A stretch of 64,000 nucleotides of DNA from Candidatus Bathyarchaeota archaeon (GTDB lineage Archaea; Thermoproteota; Bathyarchaeia; Bathyarchaeales; Bathycorpusculaceae): positions 1-64,000 of the forward strand of contig CAVZIW010000011.1 in the NCBI GenBank assembly GCA_963775465.1, given 5' to 3'. The notes beneath the pieces were generated by a model that saw nothing but the letters and a program-made list of their open reading frames with translations, was not told where the DNA came from and did no database searches. Below are positions 41,186-51,335 of the stretch, one piece after another (position 1 is the stretch's first letter; each line of letters starts with the position of its first letter). The position numbers were made by a program, and so were the translations under genes.

Positions 41186-41315
41186 ACAAAGCTCGCCTCC
41201 GAGACATTACCATTTAATGTTTACAAGTTAAAAATTCTTTGCCTTCAGTCCCATTCGTTGGAACCAAAGAGCAAGTCTTATAGCTCTCTAGCGGGATATC
41301 CAGTTAGGTTGATGG

Positions 41316-42956
41316 TTGACTGCTTTGCAAAAATCCACGGAAAAAACCATTCTGCCTTTTGCGACTTATCAAACCAACGAAGTCTTCAACGACGATGCCG
41401 AGAAAGCTGCAGTTTTCTGTACCGCAGAACTAGATAGACAAAAAGGCGGAAGATTCTTCAAGAAACAAGATTCCGAAAAAATAGTTTTCATTTCGAAAGT
41501 GCTTTACCCTTTTTGGATCGTACCTCTAAAGGATTTAAGTATCCTAATAGATGGATTAAACGTTCCTTCTCATACAATAAGCTACCCTATTTTACCCGAC
41601 CTCAAAGCATTCATAGAAAAACTAAGAGACCCGTCAATGACACGTCAAGTTCATGCAACCTTTTTAGCCAATAACCAAAACTACTTCCAAAATTCAAATT
41701 CGGTCCAGACCTTAAAAATTGAAGGTTTAATGAACGATACCGAATTTGTTAAGGAATTTTTAGAATATGCAAAACAGGCAGCAACAATTGATTCACCAAT
41801 AAACGATTCTGTCCTAGTTACACCTGCTATGAATGAAGCTAATGTTTCAAAAATTGTCCAAAACATCGAAAACACAAGAACACAACTATCAGAAGAATTA
41901 GGAAGCCTTAACGAAATTATCAAGCTCTTGAACAATAAAACTCGGGAATCTCAAACTGCCTTAAACAAAGAAATCAAATCCGTTGAGGATGAATACAAAT
42001 TCAAAATCCAAAAAGTTAAAACTGTTTTAAAGATTAATGTCGCTAAAATCAATAAGGCATATTCAGATCAGGTTACCCAAATCACTAATAAGTTCGAACA
42101 AAAAATGGCAAACCTTCACAAAGATTTTGTGAAGTTCGAAAAGGATAAAGAAAAGTTAGATATCGAAATCGAGCGAGCTGAAGCAGAAATAAAGACTTCA
42201 GCAATAAACAAAGATGACATAACTGAGCAAAAATGGAAGATAAAACGAAAAAAGCTGAAAGAGAAACAGCCAGAAATAGCTTCAAATTTGAAGGAAATTC
42301 AAAAACAAATAAATGAAGCGGAAGAAATTCAAAAAAACGTCATATTTCAACTCAAACAAGATACAGAGCTGAAGATTAAACAAGCCAGCAAAGATCTGGC
42401 TGAACTTGAAGCTTCCCAAGATGCAGAAATCAAAGTTTATCAAAATCAAATAGAAAAGATTGAAGAGTTAACTTCAAATATAATCAAAAAAGTCGACGAA
42501 TTAGCCATAAGTAGAGAAAATACTTTACCGGAATTTGACCAGTTGGGAGTAAAGGAGAAGAGAGAAATGAAATCGCTGGTTTATATGCCATTTTACCTTT
42601 CATGCTACCAATCTAAATCCAAAAAACGCTTCGCATACTTGGCTCCATCAATTGTAAACAAAGATTGTTTAAGCACTAGGCTAAAAGCTTTGGGAAAAAC
42701 CAAAATCAGGCAATTACTTGAACCGAAGTCAAAAAAGATAACTGCAATATTAAATGGGTTCATCCGCCTATTGGAAGAAAATATTGTTTTTAACCGAGAA
42801 ATTTCGGAAGCTTGCATGAAAGCAAACCTCTTAAGAACCAGAAACGCAAGTGAGGCTACGAAGAACGGACTAAACAAATTAAAGCAAGAAGGTTGGCTAT
42901 CAAACAGTGAAAGTGAGGATCTCAATCAAGCGGTCATTCAGTATTTTTCTGACTAA
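41316..42956 (+). CDS. Long coiled-coil hypothetical protein
   Basis: 546 aa; central E/K/Q heptad region flanked by globular ends (LYPFW and VYMPFY). Confidence 0.8.
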   Translation: MTALQKSTEKTILPFATYQTNEVFNDDAEKAAVFCTAELDRQKGGRFFKKQDSEKIVFISKVLYPFWIVPLKDLSILIDGLNVPSHTISYPILPDLKAFIEKLRDPSMTRQVHATFLANNQNYFQNSNSVQTLKIEGLMNDTEFVKEFLEYAKQAATIDSPINDSVLVTPAMNEANVSKIVQNIENTRTQLSEELGSLNEIIKLLNNKTRESQTALNKEIKSVEDEYKFKIQKVKTVLKINVAKINKAYSDQVTQITNKFEQKMANLHKDFVKFEKDKEKLDIEIERAEAEIKTSAINKDDITEQKWKIKRKKLKEKQPEIASNLKEIQKQINEAEEIQKNVIFQLKQDTELKIKQASKDLAELEASQDAEIKVYQNQIEKIEELTSNIIKKVDELAISRENTLPEFDQLGVKEKREMKSLVYMPFYLSCYQSKSKKRFAYLAPSIVNKDCLSTRLKALGKTKIRQLLEPKSKKITAILNGFIRLLEENIVFNREISEACMKANLLRTRNASEATKNGLNKLKQEGWLSNSESEDLNQAVIQYFSD

Positions 42957-44500
42957 TACCGCTTTTGTTTGGTACGGTCTGTTCAAACCGATTTTTCTTT
43001 TTTCCTGCGCTGATATTAAAAAAGCCTGTCACAATGAGAATCAGGCTTACGGAAAGCTGGATGTAGTTTGGAATAAAAGGCAAGATATTGAAAAACGAAA
43101 AAATTGCTAGAAAAACACCTACACCGATACCTATGCCGCCTAGAGCAATTTGCGTGCGATAACGACCCACCATTCTAAGATAATAACTAACAAGAACTAT
43201 CCCTGTAAGCCCAATGCTCGAAATTAAAGCGTCAATCGCATTTCCATCTCCAATAAGTACAGGAATAAAGAGAAGAGCAACTGAGAGAATGACCCCTAAA
43301 ATTGGCGTAAAGGGATAAAGAGGTGTTTTGAAAGGTCGATCCATGTACGGCTTTGTTTTCCGCAATCGAATCAAAGAAAGGTTGACAACTGCAAAAACCA
43401 GAAGAGAGCCAAAACTAGCAGCATAACCTAGAAAAGGTATAGCACCCAGAGAGCTTAATAGCATAATGAAAACTGTTCCAACCATGACAGCGACATGAAA
43501 AGTTCCGTATTTCGAATGGATCGAGAGAAGAATTTTAGGAAAGTAGCCGTCTCGACTCATACCGCGGGAAATGCTAGATTGAATAGATAGAGAAGTTCCG
43601 AGTGCAGAAAGACAAGCCGCCATTCCAGCAATTGAAAAGATTATGCTACCATAGCTGCCAAATACTCTGCCCGCTGCAAAACTCAGAAGAGGAACCTGCT
43701 CAAGAACTTCAGCAGGAGTTACGGTACTGACAGCCACTAATGCCTAGAAGAACATAAATGGGGATAATAAATAATGCAGATATTATAAGTCCTCGGGAGA
43801 TGTCTTTTTCTGGTCTTTTAGATTCTGAAGCAGCCGCTACTATAGCTCTAGTTCCAATAAACATTGGAAAAACGTAAACTACTGCAGCGAAGATACCCGA
43901 TATACCGCTTCCCAGGGGAGCAGGGGTAAGGTTTACAGTGGTGACACCCTGGAGAAAGCCTCCGATAATAAAACCTACGAACAACAAGATGAAAGCAAGA
44001 ACAGCTATGTTTCCAATTTGCCTATACCCTCGAACTTCCACAAGACCCATGGCGATAATGAGAACTATTGAGATTATCCATGATTGAGCCAAAATACCGT
44101 TTTGGACTTGAGGGGAAATTGCTGAAAAAAGATACGAGAGTTGCAGGACAAAAGCCACGGCCGCTAGTGCAGCAGCAAAAATACTGGCAAGCCATCGGAA
44201 GCACCCAAAAATGAAGCTAATGTAACCGCCATAGGCTGTTTTAATGTAAGTGTATTCACCGCCAACTTTTGGCATCGCTGTAGCTAATTCACAGTAGCTG
44301 AGCATTATTAAGAAATTGATCACTCCACCCAATGCAAGAGCAATAAGCATGTTAGGTCCTGCTAGATGAAAATAAGCATAATTTAGAAGCACAAAGATTT
44401 CAAAGCCTATTGCGCCGCTCAACCCTGCCATTACGATGTCAAATAATCCGAATCCTTTGGTTTTCTTGGTTGGGTTTTGGCTCACAGGTTTTCCCGCCAT
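42934..44500 (-). CDS. APC-family amino acid permease split by a +1 frameshift near 43743
   Basis: N-half: GAIGFEIF, YCELATAMPKVGGEYTY. C-half: SRGMSRDGYFP, RPFKTPLYP. Deleting one base gives continuous ...YVLL-ALVAVST... Confidence 0.85.
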
Positions 44501-44712
44501 TCATAAATTAGAAAGATGCCGCTTATCAGAAATACAATGCCGAAAATAAAAAGCATAGTTACAAAGAAAAAGACTGTTTGATCTGGAATATTAAGCCATG
44601 ATTGAACGCCGAATAAATTGAAATTCAAGAATAATGATAGGATTAACGCGGAGAGAGCGATAATACTCTGGATTGACGCAAAAATGAATTTGACTGTAAT
44701 TCTTCCGCCCAC
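44482..44712 (-). CDS. Small two-TM membrane protein
   Basis: Two TM helices, GGAG RBS, overlaps the permease start. Confidence 0.65.
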   Translation of the reverse strand: MGGRITVKFIFASIQSIIALSALILSLFLNFNLFGVQSWLNIPDQTVFFFVTMLFIFGIVFLISGIFLIYEWRENL

Positions 44713-44802
44713 ACAGCTCCACTCTTCTAAATTGGGAATATTTAACTATATAATTGATTCGGAGAACACCAAGGTAGCAGAAAATTCTTTCTTAGGTGGA
44801 TT

Positions 44803-45213
44803 TTATTCGTTCTTGAAATATTCCTTCAGTGGATTCCAATAAAATTCTGTCCAACCCTCTTCAATCTCATAGGCTTGCGCTTTAGGAACATTAGAGTGTA
44901 CCATACATATTTCTGTGCCATCAGGGACTTTGGTAAAGGTCATCTCCAATTTTGAAGCAGGGTAGCCTTCTTCCCAATCCGTAGTAGTCCATTCTTGAAT
45001 CAAACGTTTACCATCTTCTAGCAGCAAAAATTTGCCAAAAATATACCCATCCCAAGCAGTAAATTTTCCGTTAACCGTGGGTTTTCCCGTTGCTTTGCTG
45101 TCAGTAAATTCTTCTTGTTTTTTTGGGTCCACATAGGAATCGTATACTTGTCTAGGAGAAACATTTGGGATTATCACTTTCTGTGTTATTGTTGTCACTT
45201 CAAGCTTTTTCAA
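44803..45213 (-). CDS. SRPBCC/Aha1-domain protein
   Basis: GKFTAWDGYIFG, LIQEW, GWTEFYW. Confidence 0.88.
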   Translation of the reverse strand: MKKLEVTTITQKVIIPNVSPRQVYDSYVDPKKQEEFTDSKATGKPTVNGKFTAWDGYIFGKFLLLEDGKRLIQEWTTTDWEEGYPASKLEMTFTKVPDGTEICMVHSNVPKAQAYEIEEGWTEFYWNPLKEYFKNE

Positions 45214-45283
45214 AACTTCACAACCAATAAGGTATAAGCTGGAAGGTTTTTTAACCTTGACGTTTAACTATCGTTTGATAAAA

Positions 45284-45484
45284 ATGGGAAGATGCACAGC
45301 TACTAGAGGTCAGCGCAGGATAGGCAAAACAATTCATAAGCTTGAGAACAGTGTAGAGTTAAGCAGTAAAGAAGGCAAAGCAAAATTAGCGGAGCAAAAA
45401 TACAAGCAGAAAACTCGAGAAAGCCAGGGATATACTGATGATTATCCAGTTCAAAATTTGCGTGACGCGATAAGAAGAAAATAA
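45284..45484 (+). CDS. Small basic hypothetical protein
   Basis: ATG start, K/R-rich 66 aa, TATA-like tracts upstream. Confidence 0.55.
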   Translation: MGRCTATRGQRRIGKTIHKLENSVELSSKEGKAKLAEQKYKQKTRESQGYTDDYPVQNLRDAIRRK

Positions 45485-45623
45485 TCAAAGTTGCCTAAGG
45501 AGAAAAATGCTAACCTAAATCTTCAATGATCCGAATGGTTGTCATTAGCTGTGTGATTGCACCTTGAAACAACAAACCGTTTTAATCTAAACAAACAATA
45601 TACAAATCACAGGCGGCTAGAAA

Positions 45624-45854
45624 ATGTTTAATATGGCTTGTTTGTCGCCCAATTTCACACCAGAAATTGAATGCCAATGCTTTGACCAAAAACCCTGTGA
45701 CATACACATAGATGATGGTGGCAACTTAGTTTGCAGACATGGAAGCAATGAAGGTCAAATTGACGGAATTGCTACTGTTATTTGTCCCTTAGAAATAGCG
45801 AATGAAAGAAAGAATTGGGAAGAGTTCCTAAGACAGGAAATAAATGGACCATAG
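45624..45854 (+). CDS. Small Cys-rich acidic hypothetical protein
   Basis: 76 aa with 6 Cys; ATG start. Confidence 0.55.
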   Translation: MFNMACLSPNFTPEIECQCFDQKPCDIHIDDGGNLVCRHGSNEGQIDGIATVICPLEIANERKNWEEFLRQEINGP

Positions 45855-45995
45855 TTCTTAAAGCTACAAAGGAAAGCTCGCTTCAAAATTGGTAAGGTAG
45901 CCGTAACTCTGATCTGAGCAAAAATGACAAGCTAAATTTAGCTAAAAAAGTAAAATAGTGTGTAACTTACCTTAGTGTGCGGGAGTTAAATCTCG

Positions 45996-46337
45996 TTGGA
46001 TGCAGAATGGAACTTTAGATTAACCGAGCAACGTCTAGTAATATTAAAAACCAAGAATGAAAGTGTACGTAAAGCAGCTGCACTTGACGTTTTAACTAAC
46101 TTACCATTCGCTTTGAACATCTCGTCAGACATAGCCATAGAAAGCTTGTGCAACGAAAAAGAATACTGGGCAACAATCAATGTTTACTCCTCAAACAACC
46201 TTGAAGGAGTGGATAAGAATTTTGTTAATTTTTTTACAGCATCGGATATTAACCAAAAAATTGAAGACTTTCTTAAAATATTTTGGATTTATCCAGGAAA
46301 AATCCGTTTTGAACTGATCAATTTTGAAGAACCATAG
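45996..46337 (+). CDS. Hypothetical protein
   Basis: 113 aa ORF with GGGAG upstream, convergent with ftsY. Confidence 0.55.
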   Translation: MDAEWNFRLTEQRLVILKTKNESVRKAAALDVLTNLPFALNISSDIAIESLCNEKEYWATINVYSSNNLEGVDKNFVNFFTASDINQKIEDFLKIFWIYPGKIRFELINFEEP

Positions 46338-46338
46338 T

Positions 46339-47244
46339 TTATCTTAAAACCATATTAACGAATTTTTCAGGGTTAAACAGCTCCAAATCTTTGTAAGTCT
46401 GCCCAACGCCTATGAAGAGAATCGGTTTCTGCGTAACGTAAGTCACGCTTAGCGCTGAACCACCTTTCACGTCTGCGTCGACTTTGGTCAGAATCGTAGC
46501 GTCGATGCCGACAGCTTTGTTAAATTCTTCAGCTTGCATAATTGCATCGTTACCGATTAAAGAGTCAACGGTAAAGACCGTCAAGTCAGGCTTCACAACT
46601 CGTTTAATTTTTATAAGTTCATTCATCAAATTCTGGTTTGTTTGCATTCTCCCTGCAGTATCGATTAAAACTATGTTGATACCGTGAGCTTTTGCATGGT
46701 TAACTGCGTCATATGCAACTGCTGCTGGGTCACCGCCGTATGTGCTTTTTATTACACGTATACCAAGGCGCTTTCCGTGTTCTTCTAACTGTTCAATGGA
46801 GCCAGCGCGGTAAGTGTCAGCACCACATAATACCACAGAATAGCCTTTCTCACGTAGAAAATGTGCAACTTTAGCGATGGTTGTGGTTTTTCCCGTTCCG
46901 TTGATTCCTACAAAGAGTAAAGAAAATGGTTGATTTTTCTTGCGTTTTTCCTCTGCAAGCGTTAGTAAATCAATTCGACAGTTCGTTAACATTACTTCTA
47001 AAAGCACTTGCTTTAGGTTTTCTTCAATGATTTTTTTTCGGTCTTCTAATCGTTTAACTGAAACGCCCACCAAACGTTTTTCCAGTTCATCGCAAATTTT
47101 ATCTGCGACAGGAAAAGCTACATCATTTTCAGCTAAACCCATTTTAAAATCTGATAAAAGAGGGGTTAAACTCTCAGTTTTAAGCTCAGTTGTAGTAACC
47201 TTACTAACTAATCCTTTAAATCCCGACTTTAGTTTCTCAAACAT
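46339..47244 (-). CDS. ftsY: Signal recognition particle receptor FtsY
   Basis: GINGTGKTTT, DTYRAG, DTAGR, TKVD, GVGQ; start at MFEKLK. Confidence 0.96.
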   Translation of the reverse strand: MFEKLKSGFKGLVSKVTTTELKTESLTPLLSDFKMGLAENDVAFPVADKICDELEKRLVGVSVKRLEDRKKIIEENLKQVLLEVMLTNCRIDLLTLAEEKRKKNQPFSLLFVGINGTGKTTTIAKVAHFLREKGYSVVLCGADTYRAGSIEQLEEHGKRLGIRVIKSTYGGDPAAVAYDAVNHAKAHGINIVLIDTAGRMQTNQNLMNELIKIKRVVKPDLTVFTVDSLIGNDAIMQAEEFNKAVGIDATILTKVDADVKGGSALSVTYVTQKPILFIGVGQTYKDLELFNPEKFVNMVLR

Positions 47245-47248
47245 CGCT

Positions 47249-47689
47249 TTAAGGTTTACCTTCTCGCGCGTTTGAAAGCAAACTTTCAAGTCTGCCTCTG
47301 CCGCTATTGATTCTTTCAGCGACTTGGGCAAACTGTTGTTGAGCAGAATTCATGGTTTTCTCGAGGTCGTCAAGGCGTTCTTTTAAGATCGCTTTGGCGT
47401 CTGGAAGAGGCTTTTCAATGCTTACACCTGAACCCATTCCAACGATTACTTTGTTTGAGTCGGCGAGCTTTACTTTCACGTAAGAACTACCGCCAATTGG
47501 AACAAGCATTTCAATGTTTTCTTTTTCTTTTTCAATACCATCTATAGTGGCGTTTGCGTAGGTTAAGTCTGTGATAGCTGCGTTCACCATATTGATACGT
47601 TGCTGTAAGGCTTCCGCTGTTTGTTCAAGGTAACGCATTTCCATGCTGAGTCTACGAAGTTCTTCTTCAGCTTTAGCTCTCTGTGCCAA
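47249..47689 (-). CDS. pfdA: Prefoldin alpha subunit
   Basis: LVPIGGSSYV and VIVGMGSGVSIEK hairpins flanked by coiled coils; conserved gene order. Confidence 0.95.
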   Translation of the reverse strand: MAQRAKAEEELRRLSMEMRYLEQTAEALQQRINMVNAAITDLTYANATIDGIEKEKENIEMLVPIGGSSYVKVKLADSNKVIVGMGSGVSIEKPLPDAKAILKERLDDLEKTMNSAQQQFAQVAERINSGRGRLESLLSNAREGKP

Positions 47690-47693
47690 AAAA

Positions 47694-47921
47694 TTACTCT
47701 CCAGTTACCAATTTCTTTAAAATCGGATTTTCGATCTCGTCAGCCTTCATTTCTTGAACGCTGGCAATCTTTATGTGGAAACGTTTTACTCGGTGTTTGC
47801 TGCCTATTTCAGCATAAACCTTCTCAACTGCATGTTCACTTTTGTCGGCAATAATTTCCTTAGCGAATGGCGTGGCAAGATTTGGCTTGTGGATTTCACC
47901 GGTTACTTTGAAAGCTTTCAT
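47694..47921 (-). CDS. rpl18a: 50S ribosomal protein L18Ae (LX)
   Basis: EKVYAEIGSKHRVKR motif; lies between aIF6 and pfdA. Confidence 0.94.
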   Translation of the reverse strand: MKAFKVTGEIHKPNLATPFAKEIIADKSEHAVEKVYAEIGSKHRVKRFHIKIASVQEMKADEIENPILKKLVTGE

Positions 47922-48601
47922 TTTTCATCTTCCTGCACAACATCCATTGCATTCCCAATTATAAACATCTCGGGTCCAGTTGTCATAGATCCTGCAACAG
48001 CTGCATGACTATTCGCTATAAGGCCAGTGCCAACGTAGGGAACTCCGCAGTTCACGGAACCCACATCAACGGGAACCTTGAAGACACTTTCAAGAGTTTG
48101 CTTTTCTTCTGTTGTCAACATAGGATGAGCTAGAACGCCTCTATTAGTTGCAGTAGCTAAGGATCCGACGTAAGGAAGTTGGGCGATTTGAGTTGGCACT
48201 ACTTCCACGTCTAGTGCCTCGGAGATTTGTTTGATTTCTCCTGGTTTGAATCTGGGGTCAACCACTGCACCTTTGTCGTTGGCTAAAACTAGGTTACCAT
48301 AAGCGGTTTTTTTGGTTTCCATGATTTTGATGTTTCCTTCAAAAACTGATTCGATCAGTTTCAACTCTTCGTTGCGAATGGAGCTTGGAAGTAACATCCC
48401 GTTGGAATTTGCACATGCCAATGCACCGATGAGAACTGAACCACCGATGTGAGTGTGAACTAGCTTAACATTTAACCAGTCAGCAAATTCCCTTGCTTTC
48501 TCCTCGGGCACCATGACGGGAATAAAGACTAAGTTTTCGTTTGCTAGTGAATAAACGCCTATGCTTGCGCTTCCAACTATGCTAGATAAATAAACAGCCA
48601 A
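47918..48601 (-). CDS. eif6: Translation initiation factor aIF6
   Basis: GNLVLANDKGA, GSVNCG, TTGPE. Confidence 0.95.
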   Translation of the reverse strand: MAVYLSSIVGSASIGVYSLANENLVFIPVMVPEEKAREFADWLNVKLVHTHIGGSVLIGALACANSNGMLLPSSIRNEELKLIESVFEGNIKIMETKKTAYGNLVLANDKGAVVDPRFKPGEIKQISEALDVEVVPTQIAQLPYVGSLATATNRGVLAHPMLTTEEKQTLESVFKVPVDVGSVNCGVPYVGTGLIANSHAAVAGSMTTGPEMFIIGNAMDVVQEDEK

Positions 48602-48718
48602 GAACTGATCCTCCTTCGAAATTGTTAATGCGTTGTTTTCCTTGTTCTACCTATTTTAGATTGCGGTTAAATCAAACAATAAAAACATCATTTAAATGAT
48701 AAAATGAAACTTGGTTTA

Positions 48719-49198
48719 TTATGTTTCAGCCAGGTAGACAGTGACGTTTCCGTCTTTGTCTTTGGTTATTCGCACTTTGATTTTGCGTGGAGGTTTCTCG
48801 ATTCCTCTGCCCCAAATCTTTTCGTTAACTTCTTGGCTAACGATTAAATGAGGCAGTTCTTCTTCTTCCTCTTCTTCTGAAACTTTCATTTCAAGTTTCA
48901 TGTGCTTAGTTACAAAGACTTTAAGCAATTGCATTGCACGTGGAGCACGCTTTTTGGGAGGACGGACAAGCGCTCTCTGCAACGGGATTGTGTAGAATCT
49001 TTCTTCAACGATTTCATCTTCTTTCTTTTTTCTTTTCGGTTTTGCTTCCTCTTCTATCACGGGGGCTTCTTCTGTTTCCTCTGCAGCAACTTGCTCTTCT
49101 AGTGAAGCCTCTGTTTCTTCCTCTGGTAGCTCTGCTAATTCTTCAAGTTCTTCGTCCTCTGGTTTTGTTACTTGTTCTTGTTTAGTTTCTTTCGTCAT
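48719..49198 (-). CDS. rpl31e: 50S ribosomal protein L31e with acidic N-terminal extension
   Basis: ERFYTIPL, KRAPRA, VNEKIWGRGIEKPPRKIKV. Confidence 0.95.
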   Translation of the reverse strand: MTKETKQEQVTKPEDEELEELAELPEEETEASLEEQVAAEETEEAPVIEEEAKPKRKKKEDEIVEERFYTIPLQRALVRPPKKRAPRAMQLLKVFVTKHMKLEMKVSEEEEEEELPHLIVSQEVNEKIWGRGIEKPPRKIKVRITKDKDGNVTVYLAET

Positions 49199-49215
49199 TG
49201 TAATCTGTTTTCTCC

Positions 49216-49374
49216 TTAGGCCTTTATCTTTCTAGTTCGCCAATTGCGTCTTTGCTTTGGGTTATTTCGGACCTTTCCGTCAGTTCGAGCGATAACCCAT
49301 GTTGGAACAGATTGTGATTCTTTGCCAGCTTTGGCTAATCTGAGTTTTTTGGCTGTTGGTTTTACTCTTGCCAT
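49216..49374 (-). CDS. rpl39e: 50S ribosomal protein L39e (absent from the ORF track)
   Basis: Manual translation [52 protein letters not shown]. Confidence 0.95.
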   Translation of the reverse strand: MARVKPTAKKLRLAKAGKESQSVPTWVIARTDGKVRNNPKQRRNWRTRKIKA

Positions 49375-49377
49375 TTT

Positions 49378-49707
49378 CTATATCCTTCTGATTTTTGTTT
49401 CTCGCTTCCGTGATTGAAGCTGAAGTAGGATAGATTTAAGTTGTGCATCTGACAGCGGAATGGGTAACTTACCTGTTTGTGCCATCTCGATCAATTGCAA
49501 CTCAATTTGCTCTGCGAAGTCAGGCTTAACCATCTTTAGGTTATTTAGCCTTTGCCGAGCTTCAGGCGCTAATATCTTTGCTAACAACGCCTGTTTCTGT
49601 TGTTCTAATTGCTGTTGAGCTTGAGCCTGTCTTTGCTCGTCACTCATGCGACTTTGCATTGACAAAAGTTTTCTCTTACGTATCTGCTCAAGTTCATCAT
49701 CAGACAT
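49378..49707 (-). CDS. PDCD5/TFAR19-family DNA-binding protein
   Basis: DDELEQIRKRKL, EARQRLNNLKMVKP; conserved position after rps19e. Confidence 0.93.
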   Translation of the reverse strand: MSDDELEQIRKRKLLSMQSRMSDEQRQAQAQQQLEQQKQALLAKILAPEARQRLNNLKMVKPDFAEQIELQLIEMAQTGKLPIPLSDAQLKSILLQLQSRKRETKIRRI

Positions 49708-49711
49708 CTTA

Positions 49712-50176
49712 CTATTCGCCTTGATACTTCTTGAGTTCAGGGACAGTTTTAACTATTTCTTTTGCCAAATCGCCAGCTACTTCTTGAAGAAGCTTGCGTC
49801 CTTTAGGAGCCATTATTCTTCCTTTCGGCCGTGTAATCTGAATGAAACCAGCGGTTTCAAGTTGCTGAAGAGCTTTGCGGATACCGCTTCCCCCGGCTTT
49901 AACGACGCGGTTGGGTTTGCTTCCTCGGTTTTTTCTTCCGCCATAATCGGAGCGTAAGTTTTCAAGACCAATGGGACCGTGAATGTACACTTTACGCAGA
50001 ATACTTGCGCTTCTTGTATACCACCAGTCAGGATTCTGGGGCTGGTGTTGAACATGAGTACCTGTTTTAGTGAAGGGTGCCCAAATGGGAGGTTGGACAT
50101 CGTCAACGTTTTCCTTTAGATACTTCGCTAATCGATCGATGAATTTTGAAGCCGGAACGTCATGAGGAGTAGTCAA
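49712..50176 (-). CDS. rps19e: 30S ribosomal protein S19e
   Basis: DWWYTRSASILRK, YGG, IRKALQQLE; probable TTG start at 50176. Confidence 0.96.
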   Translation of the reverse strand: MTTPHDVPASKFIDRLAKYLKENVDDVQPPIWAPFTKTGTHVQHQPQNPDWWYTRSASILRKVYIHGPIGLENLRSDYGGRKNRGSKPNRVVKAGGSGIRKALQQLETAGFIQITRPKGRIMAPKGRKLLQEVAGDLAKEIVKTVPELKKYQGE

Positions 50177-50524
50177 AGATTCTCTATCCTTTAGTTTTTC
50201 CTTGCAGTAAAACAATGAAGCCTAATATAAATATTCTCTGAATACAAAGCAAACTCCATACCCAACTTCACCCACCCCTTCTCCATTTGTAAACACCAAA
50301 GTTACAGAAGGTTTCAATGGGGTTAGTGGACTCAGGGTCTATTTTAGAGCTACTTTAATGTTGTTTATTGTATAATTAAGCGTTTCATACGAAAATACTG
50401 TTAATTGCAGAAGAAAATCCTGCTCTAATCAATTTCAACTTATCTAACAAATCACTTCTGAATAGGTTCAACTTAGCGATATTCACAAAAGCATTAGCGA
50501 ATAGGCATTGAAACTTTATAGCTT

Positions 50525-50827
50525 CTATTGTTCGGTTTCTGTTAACGCTCTTCGTTTCCTAAACAGAATAAACACGTGACCTCGTACTTCAACCAATGCA
50601 GCATTAGTCGAGTTTGCTGCTTCCGAGGCTATTGATTCAGCTGTTGTGGATTTCTGAAGTGCAGCTGGTAGAATTCGAACTTTAACCATTTTGTTCTTCT
50701 GCAGTTGTTTTTCGATTTCAGCCACTAGTTGAGGTGTCAAGCCTTCTTTGCCAACCCAAATTGTCGGGTTCTCTTCTTTTAACACGTGCCTAACGTGGCG
50801 TTTCATTCTGGTTGTTATTTTGCTCAA
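50525..50827 (-). CDS. yhbY: YhbY/CRM-domain RNA-binding protein
   Basis: IWVGKEGL, MVKVR, VRGHVFILFR. Confidence 0.9.
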   Translation of the reverse strand: MSKITTRMKRHVRHVLKEENPTIWVGKEGLTPQLVAEIEKQLQKNKMVKVRILPAALQKSTTAESIASEAANSTNAALVEVRGHVFILFRKRRALTETEQ

Positions 50828-51146
50828 TTCTGATTTGCTCCTTTTTTCTTAACATTATCCTAGTATGATTCCCACAGTTTAAACAGGTAATTACAACATG
50901 GGGCTCCCTTTTCTGCTTTACCCTAACTCGACAGTTAAGGCTATGCACAAATAGGCTGTTACATTTTTTGCATGTTTGACGCCTAAACTCTGCAGGCAAC
51001 CGAATCCGTGCAGCCATGGCAATTCGACGTGCGGAAGCAACGTATTGGGTCGCCAATTTTGGATCTTCTCTGTAGACTTTTTGGGCTTGATCTAAGAGTA
51101 TTCGGATACGTTGCTTAGCTATTTGTTTGATGTTGGTTTGTTTCAT
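50790..51146 (-). CDS. rnp4: RNase P protein component 4 (Rpp21)
   Basis: IAKQRI, CKKC...CLNCG Zn ribbon. Confidence 0.93.
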   Translation of the reverse strand: MKQTNIKQIAKQRIRILLDQAQKVYREDPKLATQYVASARRIAMAARIRLPAEFRRQTCKKCNSLFVHSLNCRVRVKQKREPHVVITCLNCGNHTRIMLRKKEQIRIEQNNNQNETPR

Positions 51147-51335
51147 CAAGTCTATCAGATACGCCAAAGAAATATAGTTCGGTTAGATAATTATTACGCT
51201 ATTAGTTAGATTCTGTGTATAACTCAGATTTAAGTTGCCCTGTTGCGTCAGCCGCTTCAGCTCATTTTTCAACCTATTCTGGCTTTGAATGTTTGCGGAA
51301 TCTACTTAATCCTTTTAGAGAGCATTTTTGAACAC

